Shown here in pieces: positions 54,401 to 64,000 of a stretch of DNA of 64,000 nucleotides. This DNA is from Botryllus schlosseri (lineage: Eukaryota), in the NCBI GenBank assembly GCA_051294905.1, contig CM119371.1, positions 23,996,001 to 24,060,000 on the forward strand. Reading direction: 5' to 3'. The stretch's first letter is position 1. Every line of letters starts with the position of its first letter. Made by a program: the position numbers and the translations under genes. Below the pieces are notes generated by a model. The model had not been told where the DNA came from, ran no database searches, and saw nothing but the letters and a program-made list of their open reading frames with translations.

Positions 54401-55666
54401 TCACCATGTTTCGTTTCAACCGAACATGACACTTACCAAGGTTATCGTTTTGTGTGAAAATTATATTTTAACCAGATACCAACTGAAGTCGACATCTTAT
54501 CTTTCGACTGCGGTCAGGACATTGTGGACTACCTACCAATTTATATAGAATCGGTTGTTCGGACTATTTAATTTGCGGCGAATGCAGCGTGATCGACACA
54601 GCTAAGCACATAGTTGAAAACGAGCATTAAATATGTTTTCCACGTATCTTTTTGAATACATTATTGGAATGAGCTACCTATCCCGCTAACCCTACGCCGC
54701 CTATACTTTCGATATAGGGAGTGTCGACCGCCGCTGCTCAAATCGAACGAAGTTCATTTAGTTACCGCTTGATTTAAATAACGTCAAGACCGTGAGACAA
54801 AATGGCATAAATGGCGATAAATAACACTTCAGTTTCCAATAATATTAATACCTATAATATTGATTGTTTCTCATCTCCTAACACTTTTTTGATGTGAAGG
54901 CCATTTTGTGCAATAATAATAAATAGTAGTGTAGGCCTATTTGATGTGCTGCATTACATGTGTATCGTGTTATATTTTTGTATTTATGACGTCACAAAAT
55001 TTGTGGATCCGCGGAGGCTTGAAAACTCGCGTAGGTGTTCTGCGGGCTAGTGTAAGGGTTAAGACCCACTGAACTAGAAATATGTCGTAATCCACCAATA
55101 TTATAGCGCAAACCCATCGGTCGCAGTGCTATAAATCGGGGAGTATGAACTAGTTTATTCTCCACGCCGTGGATAAAACGAAATTCATTTTATATCGATT
55201 ATACAGAATCAACATTATTACTGCGATTTAGATTTCTTCAATCTGCATTTATATTCTCTTGCAGCAACATCATGTACCATTTGACCATTCGTGCGTCACG
55301 GCTTGTTGCTTGACGTAAAGGGTGCTGTTATATGTGAAATCGTATTTACCACAGTACGCTTTTGATCCGGCGAATATTATTGCTGAACCGTGTAGTTCAT
55401 GGATGGTGATTTCATATCTCGTGCCATGTCTTCGACAACAACTACATTTAAATCAGCTTGCTTCACTGTACTCGATCGTATATATCTTCATTGATAACTT
55501 CATGTATTTGTTTGTTTTGAAAGCCTCGAGAATATATAACGGAATTACCTTTCTTTGCTTCATATATTCCCTGATAGGATTTCGTTTTTGTGTGATTCTA
55601 CAGATACAATCTATACAATTTCCGGACGGAAGTGAGGTTTACAAGCGTGCGTCAATGCGGAACTAG
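3301..55666 (+). CDS. Multi-exon NLR-like (NACHT-LRR) gene, 3' portion; the 5' NACHT exons probably lie upstream of the window. Model: 3301-3463, 4091-4410, 4503-4670, 5220-5393, 13428-13595, 15402-15569, 15828-15995, 16513-16680, 34949-35116, 37421-37588, 46021-46191, 55604-55666 (about 688 aa)
   Basis: All exons are stop-free, start after AG and end before GT (one GC), and phases join (1/1, then all 0). First exon resembles the QEFxAAL motif and 'RxFLxGL' HD2 region of NLRs; downstream exons are 56-58 aa two-LRR-like units. Confidence 0.75.
4091..4410 (+). CDS. NLR HD2/LRR transition exon (GHKTPTRDCREMLFEELL...LLNECGDD...FADIFE)
   Basis: ggcag| acceptor in phase 1 matching the previous donor; GAG|gtatgt donor, phase 0; overlaps ORF 4123..4434. 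Confidence 0.7.
4503..4670 (+). CDS. 168-nt phase-0 exon, degenerate LRR
   Basis: taag|CTT ... CAG|gtattc; open frame of 56 aa. Confidence 0.65.
5220..5393 (+). CDS. 174-nt phase-0 exon, degenerate LRR (IRLDNLGLL...LANLRLN)
   Basis: ttcag|ATT ... AAG|gtgaga; open frame of 58 aa. Confidence 0.7.
5474..6826. mobile_element. hAT (Charlie-like) MITE, 'gcggaccgg' family copy 1
   Basis: TIR cagtggttctcaacc; TSD ctctagag/ccctagag. Confidence 0.85.
7190..10080 (-). mobile_element. Degenerate, 3'-truncated RLE-type non-LTR retrotransposon (NeSL/Utopia-like): N-terminal zinc fingers and start of RT
   Basis: ORFs 9737..9994 and 9258..9707 carry C2H2/C2HC fingers; ORF 7373..8455 has SSPGSDGLIYGFWKRLDPKGEIL...IPLVWRSSRVILIPK...NWRPKALSRTLYKIY (RT domains 0-2); boundaries approximate. 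Confidence 0.8.
8465..8930 (-). mobile_element. Probable 3' end of a 5'-truncated LINE with AATAAA and (CT)n tail, inserted in the RLE element
   Basis: (GA)n at about 8465-8487 next to tttatt; interrupts the RLE ORF; 5' boundary uncertain. Confidence 0.4.
11945..12867. mobile_element. piggyBac-like non-autonomous element
   Basis: Flanked by TTAA; imperfect TIRs (actg.aaggtggg) with subterminal ggggtcaa..ttga.cc repeats. Confidence 0.6.
13428..13595 (+). CDS. 168-nt phase-0 LRR-like exon (VDQMTIEDKSM...LGLDKCDLTDKDV...GIK)
   Basis: ttttttag|GTT ... AAG|gtaagg; LxLxxCxLT motif. Confidence 0.8.
13816..14383. mobile_element. hAT (Charlie-like) MITE
   Basis: caggggcgggcaac / gttgcccttcctttg; exact 8-bp TSD aattagat. 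Confidence 0.8.
15402..15569 (+). CDS. 168-nt LRR-like exon, type A1 (LSELLISDGTMKSNVYCEVA...FGNCDLTSQKLECF)
   Basis: attcag|CTT; ends TCG|gcgagt (GC donor at the position where paralogous exons have GT). Confidence 0.7.
15828..15995 (+). CDS. 168-nt LRR-like exon, type B1 (LSSLKIVDTKMHAELYREIA...FQTCELTRSKLSEFYIGCKD)
   Basis: ttttatag|CTC ... ACC|gtaagt; not in the ORF track. Confidence 0.85.
16513..16680 (+). CDS. 168-nt LRR-like exon, type A2 (LSKLSIWNGAMMSDVYCDVA...FGNCDLTQQKLECFTATC)
   Basis: attcag|CTT ... TCT|gttagt; clear paralogue of 15402-15569. Confidence 0.85.
17506..18095. mobile_element. 590-bp near-palindromic (foldback) MITE, P/Galileo-like, copy 1
   Basis: About 280-bp inverted arms starting tatagaaattaaacatgg; TSD gttttgac on both sides. 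Confidence 0.85.
18284..21045. mobile_element. ISL2EU-like (PIF/Harbinger group) DNA transposon, degenerate, about 260-bp TIRs
   Basis: TIR aggccttttgcaggacttcg...; AT duplication within a palindromic tcaATtga site; family assignment rests on termini and TSD only. Confidence 0.65.
22590..22705 (+). pseudogene. Dead type-B LRR pseudo-exon
   Basis: gaag|CTC TCA, a 1-nt frameshift, then DVEMYAEGYNEIANTLKYIG**KMCFNN*EFT, aligning codon for codon with B exons. Confidence 0.75.
23927..24987 (-). mobile_element. Gag-only mini LTR element nested in the Gypsy protease
   Basis: About 213-bp direct repeats 23927-24140 and 24776-24987 with tgtg(c/t)ga...tcgcaca ends; PPT gggggaa; internal gag-like ORF (EESVDVFLADLKRLAKLAG) on the - strand. 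Confidence 0.9.
26590..27747. mobile_element. Charlie-like hAT MITE inserted in the Gypsy integrase
   Basis: TIR ca(t/g)gggtgggcaaact; exact TSD atctagtc; removal restores NHLV-KATRPWERISIDFK. Confidence 0.92.
28950..30280 (-). pseudogene. Decayed hAT (ZMYM1-like) transposase
   Basis: Fragments CVINVAHTSEFN (cf. HCxAHxLNL) and SLCDTRR (cf. LCxTRW); many stops; boundaries approximate. Confidence 0.4.
31007..31067 (+). pseudogene. Dead, truncated type-A LRR pseudo-exon
   Basis: atcag|ATT TCG TAA CTG TCG ATA TGG GAT AGT ACG ACG TCG GAT ATC TAT (IS*LSIWDSTTSDIY versus LSKLSIWNGAMMSDVY); cut by a hAT MITE starting at 31068. Confidence 0.6.
32980..33084 (+). pseudogene. hAT C-terminal dimerisation-domain fragment
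   Basis: SAAAVERSFSILDKILSKD...NVEKYL. Confidence 0.6.
33881..34717. mobile_element. Tc1/mariner-pogo (Tc2-like) MITE
   Basis: TA-flanked ccgtaattttcc / ggaaaattacgg; subterminal gggtgcgtattatacatggg repeats. Confidence 0.8.
34949..35116 (+). CDS. 168-nt LRR-like exon, type B2 (LTTLCIFDAKMPAETFREIA...FQNCELTTRKLSEFFIGCKD)
   Basis: ttttgtag|CTC ... TCT|gtaagt; paralogue of 15828-15995. Confidence 0.85.
35713..36310 (-). mobile_element. Charlie/SPIN-like hAT remnant with decayed transposase N-terminus
   Basis: caggggtgggcaa end; KIWSTEYWYTGVRGEPIILVSSEQAPVEY...EKH resembles the GTF2IRD2/SPIN zinc-finger region with Cys residues lost. Confidence 0.4.
37421..37588 (+). CDS. 168-nt LRR-like exon, type A3 (LSRLNIMDSTMLPDAYYDVA...FRYCDLSIQKLESL)
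   Basis: atacag|CTC ... TTG|gtaagt. Confidence 0.85.
37882..41986 (-). mobile_element. P/Galileo-like DNA transposon, about 250-bp TIRs, 7-bp TSD, two decayed coding regions
   Basis: TIR tatagagtatgactggagtg...; TSD gtacaac; TQDVLEAAFG at 39009-39038 (-); C2H2 finger and LEYIGG...GLKSPS ORFs at 40722-41678 (-). Confidence 0.75.
39127..40272. mobile_element. hAT (Blackjack-like) MITE nested in the P-like element
   Basis: tagggttgccata / tatggtaacccta; exact TSD gtatagaa; gtccggaatt repeats. Confidence 0.85.
41994..42583. mobile_element. 590-bp foldback MITE, copy 2 (opposite orientation to copy 1)
   Basis: Same sequence family as 17506-18095; TSD gtacaac. Confidence 0.85.
42781..44726. mobile_element. 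hAT (Charlie-like) non-autonomous element
   Basis: cagtggttcccaacc / ggttgggaatcactg; exact TSD ctgtacac. Confidence 0.85.
46021..46191 (+). CDS. 171-nt phase-0 exon, probable terminal LRR/cap (IPTLGIDWSYITATDDHISILCDLM...ENST)
   Basis: tttcag|ATT ... ACG|gtcaga; open frame, size and phase match the series. Confidence 0.6.
46504..46934. mobile_element. hAT (Blackjack-like) MITE
   Basis: tagggttatcata / tatggtaacccta; ggaggac repeats; imperfect TSD (gtatca). Confidence 0.7.
47934..52161 (-). mobile_element. Academ-family DNA transposon with decayed transposase
   Basis: tagtaaggg...cccttacta termini, long TIRs, 3-bp TSD tta; IPRLSGFHLLKSYIGPIGDNMEYSGL, FLPVIEGDP and DQPL motifs. Confidence 0.85.
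49161..49708. mobile_element. hAT MITE rich in gactcgagtc palindromes, nested in Academ
   Basis: cagggtt / aaccctg ends; TSD cttttacc/ctttaacc. Confidence 0.75.
53136..54103. mobile_element. Charlie-like hAT MITE, inverted relative of 26590-27747
   Basis: TIR caggggtgggcaaact; exact TSD agctagaa. Confidence 0.92.
55604..55666 (+). CDS. Putative last coding exon (IQSIQFPDGSEVYKRASMRN*)
   Basis: T-rich tract then ctacag| acceptor, phase 0, TAG stop, AATAAA signals downstream. Confidence 0.45.
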   Translation: MQSIQFPDGSEVYKRASMRN

Positions 55667-55711
55667 ATTCGCAACTTTGATGACACGAAGATTATATGAG
55701 GGCGAAGTACC

Positions 55712-55768
55712 AATAAATCATCGACGCCAAATCAACACATAGGACGGAAATTCCAGAAATTCAATAAA
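55712..55768 (+). promoter_or_regulatory. Candidate polyadenylation signals (AATAAA at 55712 and 55763)
   Basis: Hexamers shortly after the putative stop codon. Confidence 0.3.
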
Positions 55769-56429
55769 GGAAGATGCGTTGCGGTTTTCAGCACTTTATC
55801 GTTACCTTCAACATTTGTAAATTATTATTGAACGATTTTCATGAATTCTAATTTCCAAAATGTCACTTAAACTGAAGTCAAACTGGTGGGGAATGTTTGT
55901 TAATCAATATTACGAGATTGTATTTGTGGGAAGGTACACGAAAAATCATCACCTCTCTGCAATGTTAGAAATCCATGTACAATCAATTATTCTGGAGCCA
56001 AAACGGTCAAAACCAATGTTCATCTTTTTGAATAGAACGTTACGGAATCATGGGTCGAAAATAAATGAAGTCCCGTAAAAATGACGTCGCGAAAATTGCA
56101 CACTAGATTATTGTGGAAGCGATCCATCATCAGCAACAAGTTTTTTTTTTTGTATTTTGAGAAATGCATGGTAGCATAATAATTGTAGTATGGTAGTGTT
56201 CATGAATTGCCGTTTCATGGATTAGTTAGAAATTTACTCATAGAAGTCGCTTGATTTTTAAAGTAGTCTTCCGTACTGATTAACTTACTGTACTGACATC
56301 GATTCATGATCTCTTTTCGTATAGTAAATTACTAAAAAAAAACATATCACGTGTTGGCTTCACTGTCGTCGCCAAAGTAGTCAGAGATTATCTGATCGAG
56401 TGGGATTTATTGCGCATGTTGGATTATAC

Positions 56430-56828
56430 CAGTGGTTCCCAATCTTTTTCGACTCATCGCCCCCTTTTCAAGCTCAACGCCGATCATCGCCCCCCAAATT
56501 TTGTGAACCGAAAAATCGGTATACAAACTGTAATCACCGGCGGGTTGACTTTAAAAAAAAGAGGTCGACTTTACCGCTCGATGTCGAATTATACACTTTT
56601 GCAACTGAATATTCGTAGGATGACTAAAAAAAAGTCATTTCTCCGACTTGACTCCAATATAGCCGTTTTAACGCGTTATCGCCCCCCTATCGCCCCCTTC
56701 GCTATTTTGGCCCCCCGTCGCCCCCTTTGTCCGTTTTCGCCCCCCTATCGCCCCCTTCGTCATTTTCGCCACCCTAGACCGCCAAATCGCCCCCTGGGGG
56801 GCGATATCGCCCACGTTGGGAACCACTG
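56430..56828. mobile_element. hAT MITE with atcgccccc repeats
   Basis: cagtggttcccaa / ttgggaaccactg; exact TSD gattatac. Confidence 0.9.
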
Positions 56829-57837
56829 GATTATACTAAATACCAAATATTTAGGTATTTACTCTCCTTTGATATCGTTATCTCCACATGTTCCTTGATA
56901 TGCATGTAAAATTCGACCTATCCAGTTGTCGTCTCCTCCTATAATAATATAATATAATACCGGAATAGAATCACGTGAGTTATATACAGAATTACATCAA
57001 TAAATGCTAAAATCCTTTCTTTGATGAACGATAAATACTAAAAACGTAACTGATAAAAATGTGTTTACGTTATGAGTTTCCGAATTTATATTGTGATGTT
57101 CAGTAAAGCCGTTTTATTAGTCAGTGTGTATTGATCAATAAATGTTTAATCACCAATGCGATGATTTTTTAAACTATATCTTCAGGATTCAAGTTAGGCA
57201 TACAACCATAAGGCTTTTATTTACTTATCCAGCATTGTACCATATTGCGATTCGGAAGTACAGCTACACTCTAAATTGAAAGCGTCGATTTAGACACAAA
57301 ATTGTGCATTCACAGATGCAATATGGGACAAACACATAAAGTCGACCGTAATCTTTCACCGCAGTGGTGTCATAATGAGTGCAAGTCCACACTTCATCAG
57401 AGAAAGTTACGAAATATGTGCTTCTGCTCACATATTATCATCTGTCACCGGCTTTGGTCAATATGAAAGAGTTTATGTATACATTTTAATAGCCCGGTAA
57501 CTTACGGCACGAGTTGTGAGATCAGTAAGATTGAGAGGGATTGTGAGGTTAACGCTGGAAACGTTGCTATCGGGAACTTATCATAATGTCACTGGTGAAT
57601 TACCAGATCATCCAACGCAGGGTATATACAACCAACACTCGTTTGCCGATCATGACATCATCGGTAAAGCCACTGACCCTTGGGCCAGTTTGCTCCTGCT
57701 GGGTTATTTGTAGGAAAGGCTGTAAGCCGCAAGATATAGCCGCTCCAATGATGCAGCATTTCTATAATAGATGTTGAACGGTATTACCGACTTGAGTGTG
57801 AGTAATGCGTGCTTTGAGCACCGTTTACTTATTGCTC

Positions 57838-58165
57838 AGGAAAGGAAAGACGAAGTTTATTTTTGTCCTTGATGTTTTTGCGGCATATACGCCGACTCAT
57901 GATAGACATACACACGATCTGTGCTTATGCATACCATGAGTGCATGGTGTGAATATGCCGCTGGACAAGGAAGGTATACAGATATAGCGTTGTAGGGCTT
58001 TCTAAGTCATGCAACACCCCCCCCCCTGCTATCCCAGTAATTTATGTGCGCCAAGCACGGAAGTCGCGGATACCCCAGGTCATTGGTCTGACCCGGCCGG
58101 AGATCGAACCCACGATCTACCGATCAAGAAGCCGGACGCTTCAGCATTACGCAATCTAGTCGGAG
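57838..58165 (-). mobile_element. tRNA-derived SINE (head abutted by a small hAT-like MITE at about 58166-58353)
   Basis: - strand reads ...ggtagatcgtgGGTTCGATCTCCggccgggtc (B box), then a body and a ctttcctttcct tail. Confidence 0.55.
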
Positions 58166-59344
58166 TAATGTTCCCTCTAATTTTTGACGAGTCTGCGACC
58201 CTTGCGCGGTGCCTTGAACAACAGTGCGTAACCACTAAAAAAAGGTCATCTCTTCGGATTTGTTGTGCGCAGCTTAGATTTTCTGTGTGCAGTGACCGTC
58301 TCAGTAGTCAGCACTGCGCAATTGCACACGTGTGCAGCTTTGAGGGAACATTGCACAGGAGCCATGACGTGACGTGGACTGTTGTTTAATCACTGTCGCT
58401 ACTTTATGTTAGTGAGTGACTTTTTTACATTTACTAGGTTTTGTGTACGTTTCTCTTATCATTTTATTTTCCCACCAAAATGACAGAAGAAATTGATCAT
58501 TACAACCACATAATTGCCTGACTTGACTATGACTTCCATTCTATCGCGTTTCCCTATTATTGATTCATTGCCGTAGCAAATCAGCAGTATAGCAATCAAG
58601 AAATCGACCAATCAATCAATCAATCATTGTCAATACCATGTAATTCTGAAACACGTTGGTTATTAATCTTTAGTGTAACCTGCATGGCTATTGTCAGTGC
58701 ATTCTGCATTTGACTGTTGACTGAATAACCAAAAAACACCTCTATCTTTTCTTCCTCTCTCTCTTTCATTTACGCTTCACTTCTCGCGGTAACGGCGGGA
58801 ACTCAGTCAGTTTGAAAGGTCACCGCATAAGTAAATGGAGCAATAAGTCGCAGTACAGTGACTTTGCGGATGTGGATGAACGTGTCGCGAATCTCATCAT
58901 AGCGGAAGGAATGGTGAAGTTCCTAATTGCAAATGGGATTAAGAGAGAAGACATTGATTTAATTCAAGGTAATTCGTTTAAGGATATCAGCATGTCATAT
59001 GTTATGATTATGTTGTCAAGAGGGTTTTTACAGCAAGCAGCAGTATGAGAAACATGCATAGATTACCTTTTAGATCAAATTGCAGTAGCATCAAAACTGA
59101 GTTTCAGAATGTCAGTTAAACCTTCAAATTGACGCAATGTGGGGTTATACCTAGTGATACAACTACGGATCTAGTGCAGGATTCACCGTCATAGGGTGAA
59201 CATGATACTTAATCCATATATAAGCAAGTGAGTTATTCACCGTATAGCCTTGGAATTCGGATACAAGTGAATCATGTATTCAAATAAGACGCAAGGTGGT
59301 CATAACAAGAAAAAAAGAAATCAAAGTGAGAATATGACATTTCT

Positions 59345-62300
59345 TGACGTGGGCGCGAAACAGGCGATCCCGGAACCAGTCGAAAACAAAATGTGTGACG
59401 TACGAAATTGACGTCGCTCAAGAATTTCACAATCAATGACTAATTACGTTATACAAAAACTAGGCGAATGTATTATTGGTCTAGGCAAAATGCACGGTTA
59501 AATCATAATAAAACGACGCGTCAAGTGAATGTAAGGTATATTTAAATGGAAGATGCTCAGAAAATAAACAAATTATAAGTGGATCTTGACACACATGACA
59601 TTCCTCGTATCCGGACAAATGATGAACAGTGATCTAGCCGTGAATACAATAGGAATCACCGCAAGGATAATATTGAGATAGTGGCGACAAGGATGTATAT
59701 TGCATATGGTTAATACATGAGCACGGTTGAAGTTAGAATAGACGACGATCATTCAAGAACTTAATTTCTCAAGTCAATGTATCAGAACAGAGAACGAATA
59801 ATGCGGAGACGATGCTAACAACCGGGTGGGCGACGACTTAGAATCAAGAGCGTTCTATCACGACATAGATGGCGACATCGCGAATCAACTCGACCAACAT
59901 TATGTAGGCCAGATTAAAGTTGGAGGCAGTCTTCGATAACTGAGCCGATGAGTGCGTGAGTTCAAGAAATAAACATAATAGTGTGCGCACCGGAGTCCTC
60001 TATTAAAACGTAACTTAACCATATTTCATGTTGATTGCAGTATCAAAATAAGGAGTCAATGGTTCGATAAAGTATTGTAATCGAAAATACAGCGGGAAAC
60101 AATGTACTAATTAGGAACTCTATAGAATAAATAAAATTGGGATCACACGGCAACGTTACTGAGAATTTGCATGAAATACTTAAAATGGTGGATTAATTAC
60201 TCAATACTAGTCGATTATTATATTTTCATCATTATTGAGGTAAGTAATTTCAAAGACCTCGTGAAAGGACATATATTGGTAACTGAAAATGTTAATTATT
60301 GTGATTTTGATACCACACAAAATATTTCCTATAAATATTTGATATGTCCACATTGTATTTGACAAAAGATCGCAAAACTAACAGCTAACTTCAGATACGG
60401 TAAGCGCGATTCGTGGGTGCGAAATACTAGATATTATTGAGATCATCGCCATAATTTCATATTGGCCGGATACCCCAGATTATAAAACGTGTTTAAAACA
60501 ATTCAGTCAAGCTTTGCGCATATGGCACATAAACGCAGGTTATAAAATAGCGAATCCTAATTTCCTATCGCGGTCCTGGCTAGGAAGAAATGAATTCTGA
60601 AGTATACCCTTTTCTATATTGTGTGGTGTTCAAATTGGATTTTATATAGCATGCCTTGCAGTTCCTAGTTATAACTACTTATTTACTATATATCGGTGCA
60701 TATACGAAATGAATAGAAAATATACAAAAATATTTTGTTATATATGCTTTTGGTGTGTCATGAAAATAAGTCATAAAAACAATAAAAAAATTAATATAGC
60801 TCGAAAACCCACGATAAAATGCAAAAAAAAAGATGTCGATTTTTATTAAAATTTTGCTGCGATATTAAAAAAACTGGTTTCAATTTTTGTTGATTTATCG
60901 ACGAATTGCTTATGAGAATCATTTAATCAATGAAGTCTAGAACTAAAGATGAGCGAATGCTTTGTATGTAATGCCGTGAAAGTGAATATTACGAATGAAG
61001 AAGGCCAATCGAAATTTTCTTGTGGTTGCCTTCTGTTCTAACGTCAAGCAAAGCACGATAATTGTGTCATAACAATATATCCGCTTTCACAGGCTCCGTA
61101 CTTCGGTCTGTCTTGACAAATTTTACGTTATGTTGTGAGAAAGCGACAGACCTGCCGAATAGCAAAATTATCCGGGTTTAATATACATTAAATCCGCACG
61201 GAACAAGTTCAAACTAATCAGATATTTGGCCGTAGTCGTGTAATAATACCTCATGACCCGGCGGCACCCTGTGGTCAAAAACCAGTAATGAAGACGTAAG
61301 CGCCAGAAACACAAAAAGGGTTACTGAGTTGTATGATAATGAGTTATTGTAGCGGCACTGATAAACTCATTTATGTGTGTCTGAGGTTTATTGAAGTGAT
61401 TATAGTGAGTTGAAATTAGTATACATGCATTTCAAGTCCAGCTAACTGGATAGACAAAAACGGATGCCTTGATGTTTGAGGAACATGAACTCAAACACTA
61501 TTTTACACAATACCGAAGAAACCATAAAGGCTTTGTGGTTGAAGAGTGTCAGAAGGTAAGTTTACAACGAAGGAGGCTCAGGCTATCCATACCATACAAT
61601 GCCGACTAGGAACTGATACAAGCCATTTGGGAAACAATATGTATTATTCGTACAACTAGTTCACTAATATTGGTCCCATCGATAATAACTAAGTTATAAA
61701 AGACACGACGGAATTGCCCTTACAATACGGTGTAGTGCGGTATTTCAGTTAAGAATCAAATTAATACCATGGAAACTTATTATTAATACAATGAATATGC
61801 ATGCGATTTATTTTACTTATCAATAAAGGTCGAACATACCAGACACCTGTAGACGTACGAAATGATAAAGCCAATGCATTTCAGGAATCACAAAAACTCT
61901 ATGGTTACGTGATATATTGCTTGATGGGGATTAATAGGTGTTAGGTATAAGATTGGAATGTTAAATGCGGAACGCCTCACCTATTTCACTTAATCCGTGG
62001 TAAAAATTATTGAAAAAAAAGTGCGAAGCCTGATAAGACCAAATTTCGTCAAGTACGACAATTGCATGTTTCCAGAGCCATTTTTAGTTTTGCAAAAATG
62101 TGACAGATATCAAAGATATTATATTAGGATTGACGTGGTGTGACGACAATGGAAGTGGTTTGGTAGCTTTCCTTTCGAGGTGATTCGGAAGATTACTGAA
62201 AGAATGTTGCTCAAACCGAAAGAATTGCAAATAAACTGGCCAATTTCGACATGATAGGTTAAGATGACGTTATCTGATGACAATAGATGTATTTATGTAT

Positions 62301-63920
62301 TTTTTTTCGAAACTTGGAATGTTGATCGCCGACAGCTAAAATATATCGATATATCTATATACGACACGTCCTGATTCGAAATCTTATTTCAATCTCAGGG
62401 TGTTCGGCACATAGCATAACCGATTCGAAAACAAAATATTGAGATATTTATTGGTTACATCATGGCGAATGTGGAAGCCTAAGATATATCAAGAAAGTTT
62501 TGGAGCATAATTATATAATAATGATGAGGATGTTACAACTGTCTCGAGTTGTCCAATGAAATGGATACATTACTTATTGTGGATCATGTAGTACTTGCCT
62601 TTGCTCTGGAGACCTTTATTCAAATTTTGTTCAAGCATGAGCACATAGTTAATATTGTCCAGGGCTACATAAAACGATTTGATCTGTTATAGTGAATATA
62701 GATACGACGGACTTTAATGTGAATAGGCTACCCAACCAAACATTGGAGACCTGCGTGAAAATGAATTTTCTAAATGAATTAGATGTATGTATGTATGTTT
62801 GAATTTAAATCCGAGAGCTAATCCTGGTTTGATTTTCAATTCAAGAAACATGTCCCGTGGTATCCAAAAATGTCATAGAGTAAGTTAGTAACTGTTTCTA
62901 GTGAATGATGCCTTATTATCAATAGTTTCTTGAAAGTACACTTATCTGATTTACGAAACAGATTTGTCGAAAATTGAATGATGATACGACGGGTTCACGC
63001 ATTCGTCACGACGAAGGTGTTAACGCTAAACCGTCAGATCATGCTCGATCTGTATGATCAAAGTATCCGCAAGTTTACTATAATGTTATTGAAAAAAATT
63101 GTGACATCATTGTATGTTTCGAAATATGAGCGCTTCGCAGTGGGAAATTGAAAATTTTATCGCGTATATTATCCTTTATTTAGAAATTATGTGCTCAATA
63201 ACAGTTACAGTACAAATGCTCACGTATGTTGCATGCAACAGCTGCGCCAACCCGGCAAGCTACGTTTTAGTTTATGTTTAACTACATTAGTACTATGTTG
63301 GTCAATCTATCGCCAGAAAAATGCGCAACTATTTTCGTGTTTTCGTGTAAGCGAATCTTTTGCAAAATTCATGGATAGATAATTGTACGTATAATATGTT
63401 ATGTTGTATGTTATCCGCATGAATTATGCACTCAGTTGTGGTGATCAAAACACCACAGAAATGAACTATCAACACAAAGTACCGAAAGACATAGCCATTA
63501 TCAGACTCGAACACCAGAACTGACCAGTGACCGTTAATGGGCATTGGATGAATATCACCTGTTAGGATACAGATGGGTGAAATTAGGAGGTCATCCCTAA
63601 TGGCACTTAATCATATAATGATTAAACCGGCCGCTTGCACCAGTAGCAAAGCATACAGAATGCAGCATCGTGATAAATTGCGCCGGAATCGCTCCACAAA
63701 GCCGATGAACCGACGACAGAACGAATCAGAACAGTATTTGGAAGATATTGCATTGGAAGTCGCGGAACTCGAGACGAAACCCCGTTTACTGTCGAACTTG
63801 CCTATGCGACGTGAAGCGAAAGTGCTTGATAAATCCAGGAAACGACATAACGCGAACGAGGAATCGATGCCTCAACTGCAATTGCGAGTAATCAAAAATA
63901 TCTCGAAGGCCGAAAGACTC
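59345..63920 (+). mobile_element. Possible very old LTR-retroelement remnant
   Basis: PBS-like tgggcgcgaaacaggcga near 59350; faint motifs (NPNFLSR, IIVS*Q); purine-rich + strand; no LTR pair found. Confidence 0.25.
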
Positions 63921-64000
63921 TGATCTGTGAGGTGACAATATTTAAATTGGTCAGAATGAACGCTGAGTGTTTTGAGAACAATAAGTCATCAATAGAGTTA

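Noticed and set aside
56410..56898. 162-aa Pro/Arg-rich ORF
   Set aside because: Lies almost wholly within a MITE with atcgccccc repeats
58085..58165. tRNA gene on the - strand
   Set aside because: Has a B box but no complete cloverleaf or acceptor stem, and continues into a SINE-like body

Overview
AT-rich eukaryotic (animal, probably invertebrate) genomic DNA; no prokaryotic operon, rRNA, intact tRNA or CRISPR array was seen. Most ORF-track entries are spurious or transposon debris. The main host gene is invisible as a single ORF: a + strand, multi-exon NLR-like (NACHT-LRR) gene whose 3' part spans about 3301-55666. It has a winged-helix/HD2-type exon (EFCCALHV...TRQLFYGL) followed by symmetric phase-0 LRR-like exons of 168-174 nt. 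Five of these alternate strictly as A/B paralogue types, one uses a GC donor, and a dead B+A exon pair lies in the largest intron. About 2.07 kb of coding sequence is spread over 52 kb. The introns are packed with nested mobile elements: a Utopia/NeSL-like non-LTR element, a Gypsy LTR element containing a gag-only mini-LTR element and a hAT MITE, an ISL2EU-like element, a two-ORF P/Galileo-like element with a 590-bp foldback relative, an Academ element and many MITEs; a tRNA-derived SINE lies just downstream of the gene. All calls were made by eye from motifs, splice sites, TIRs and TSDs; no database searches were run.
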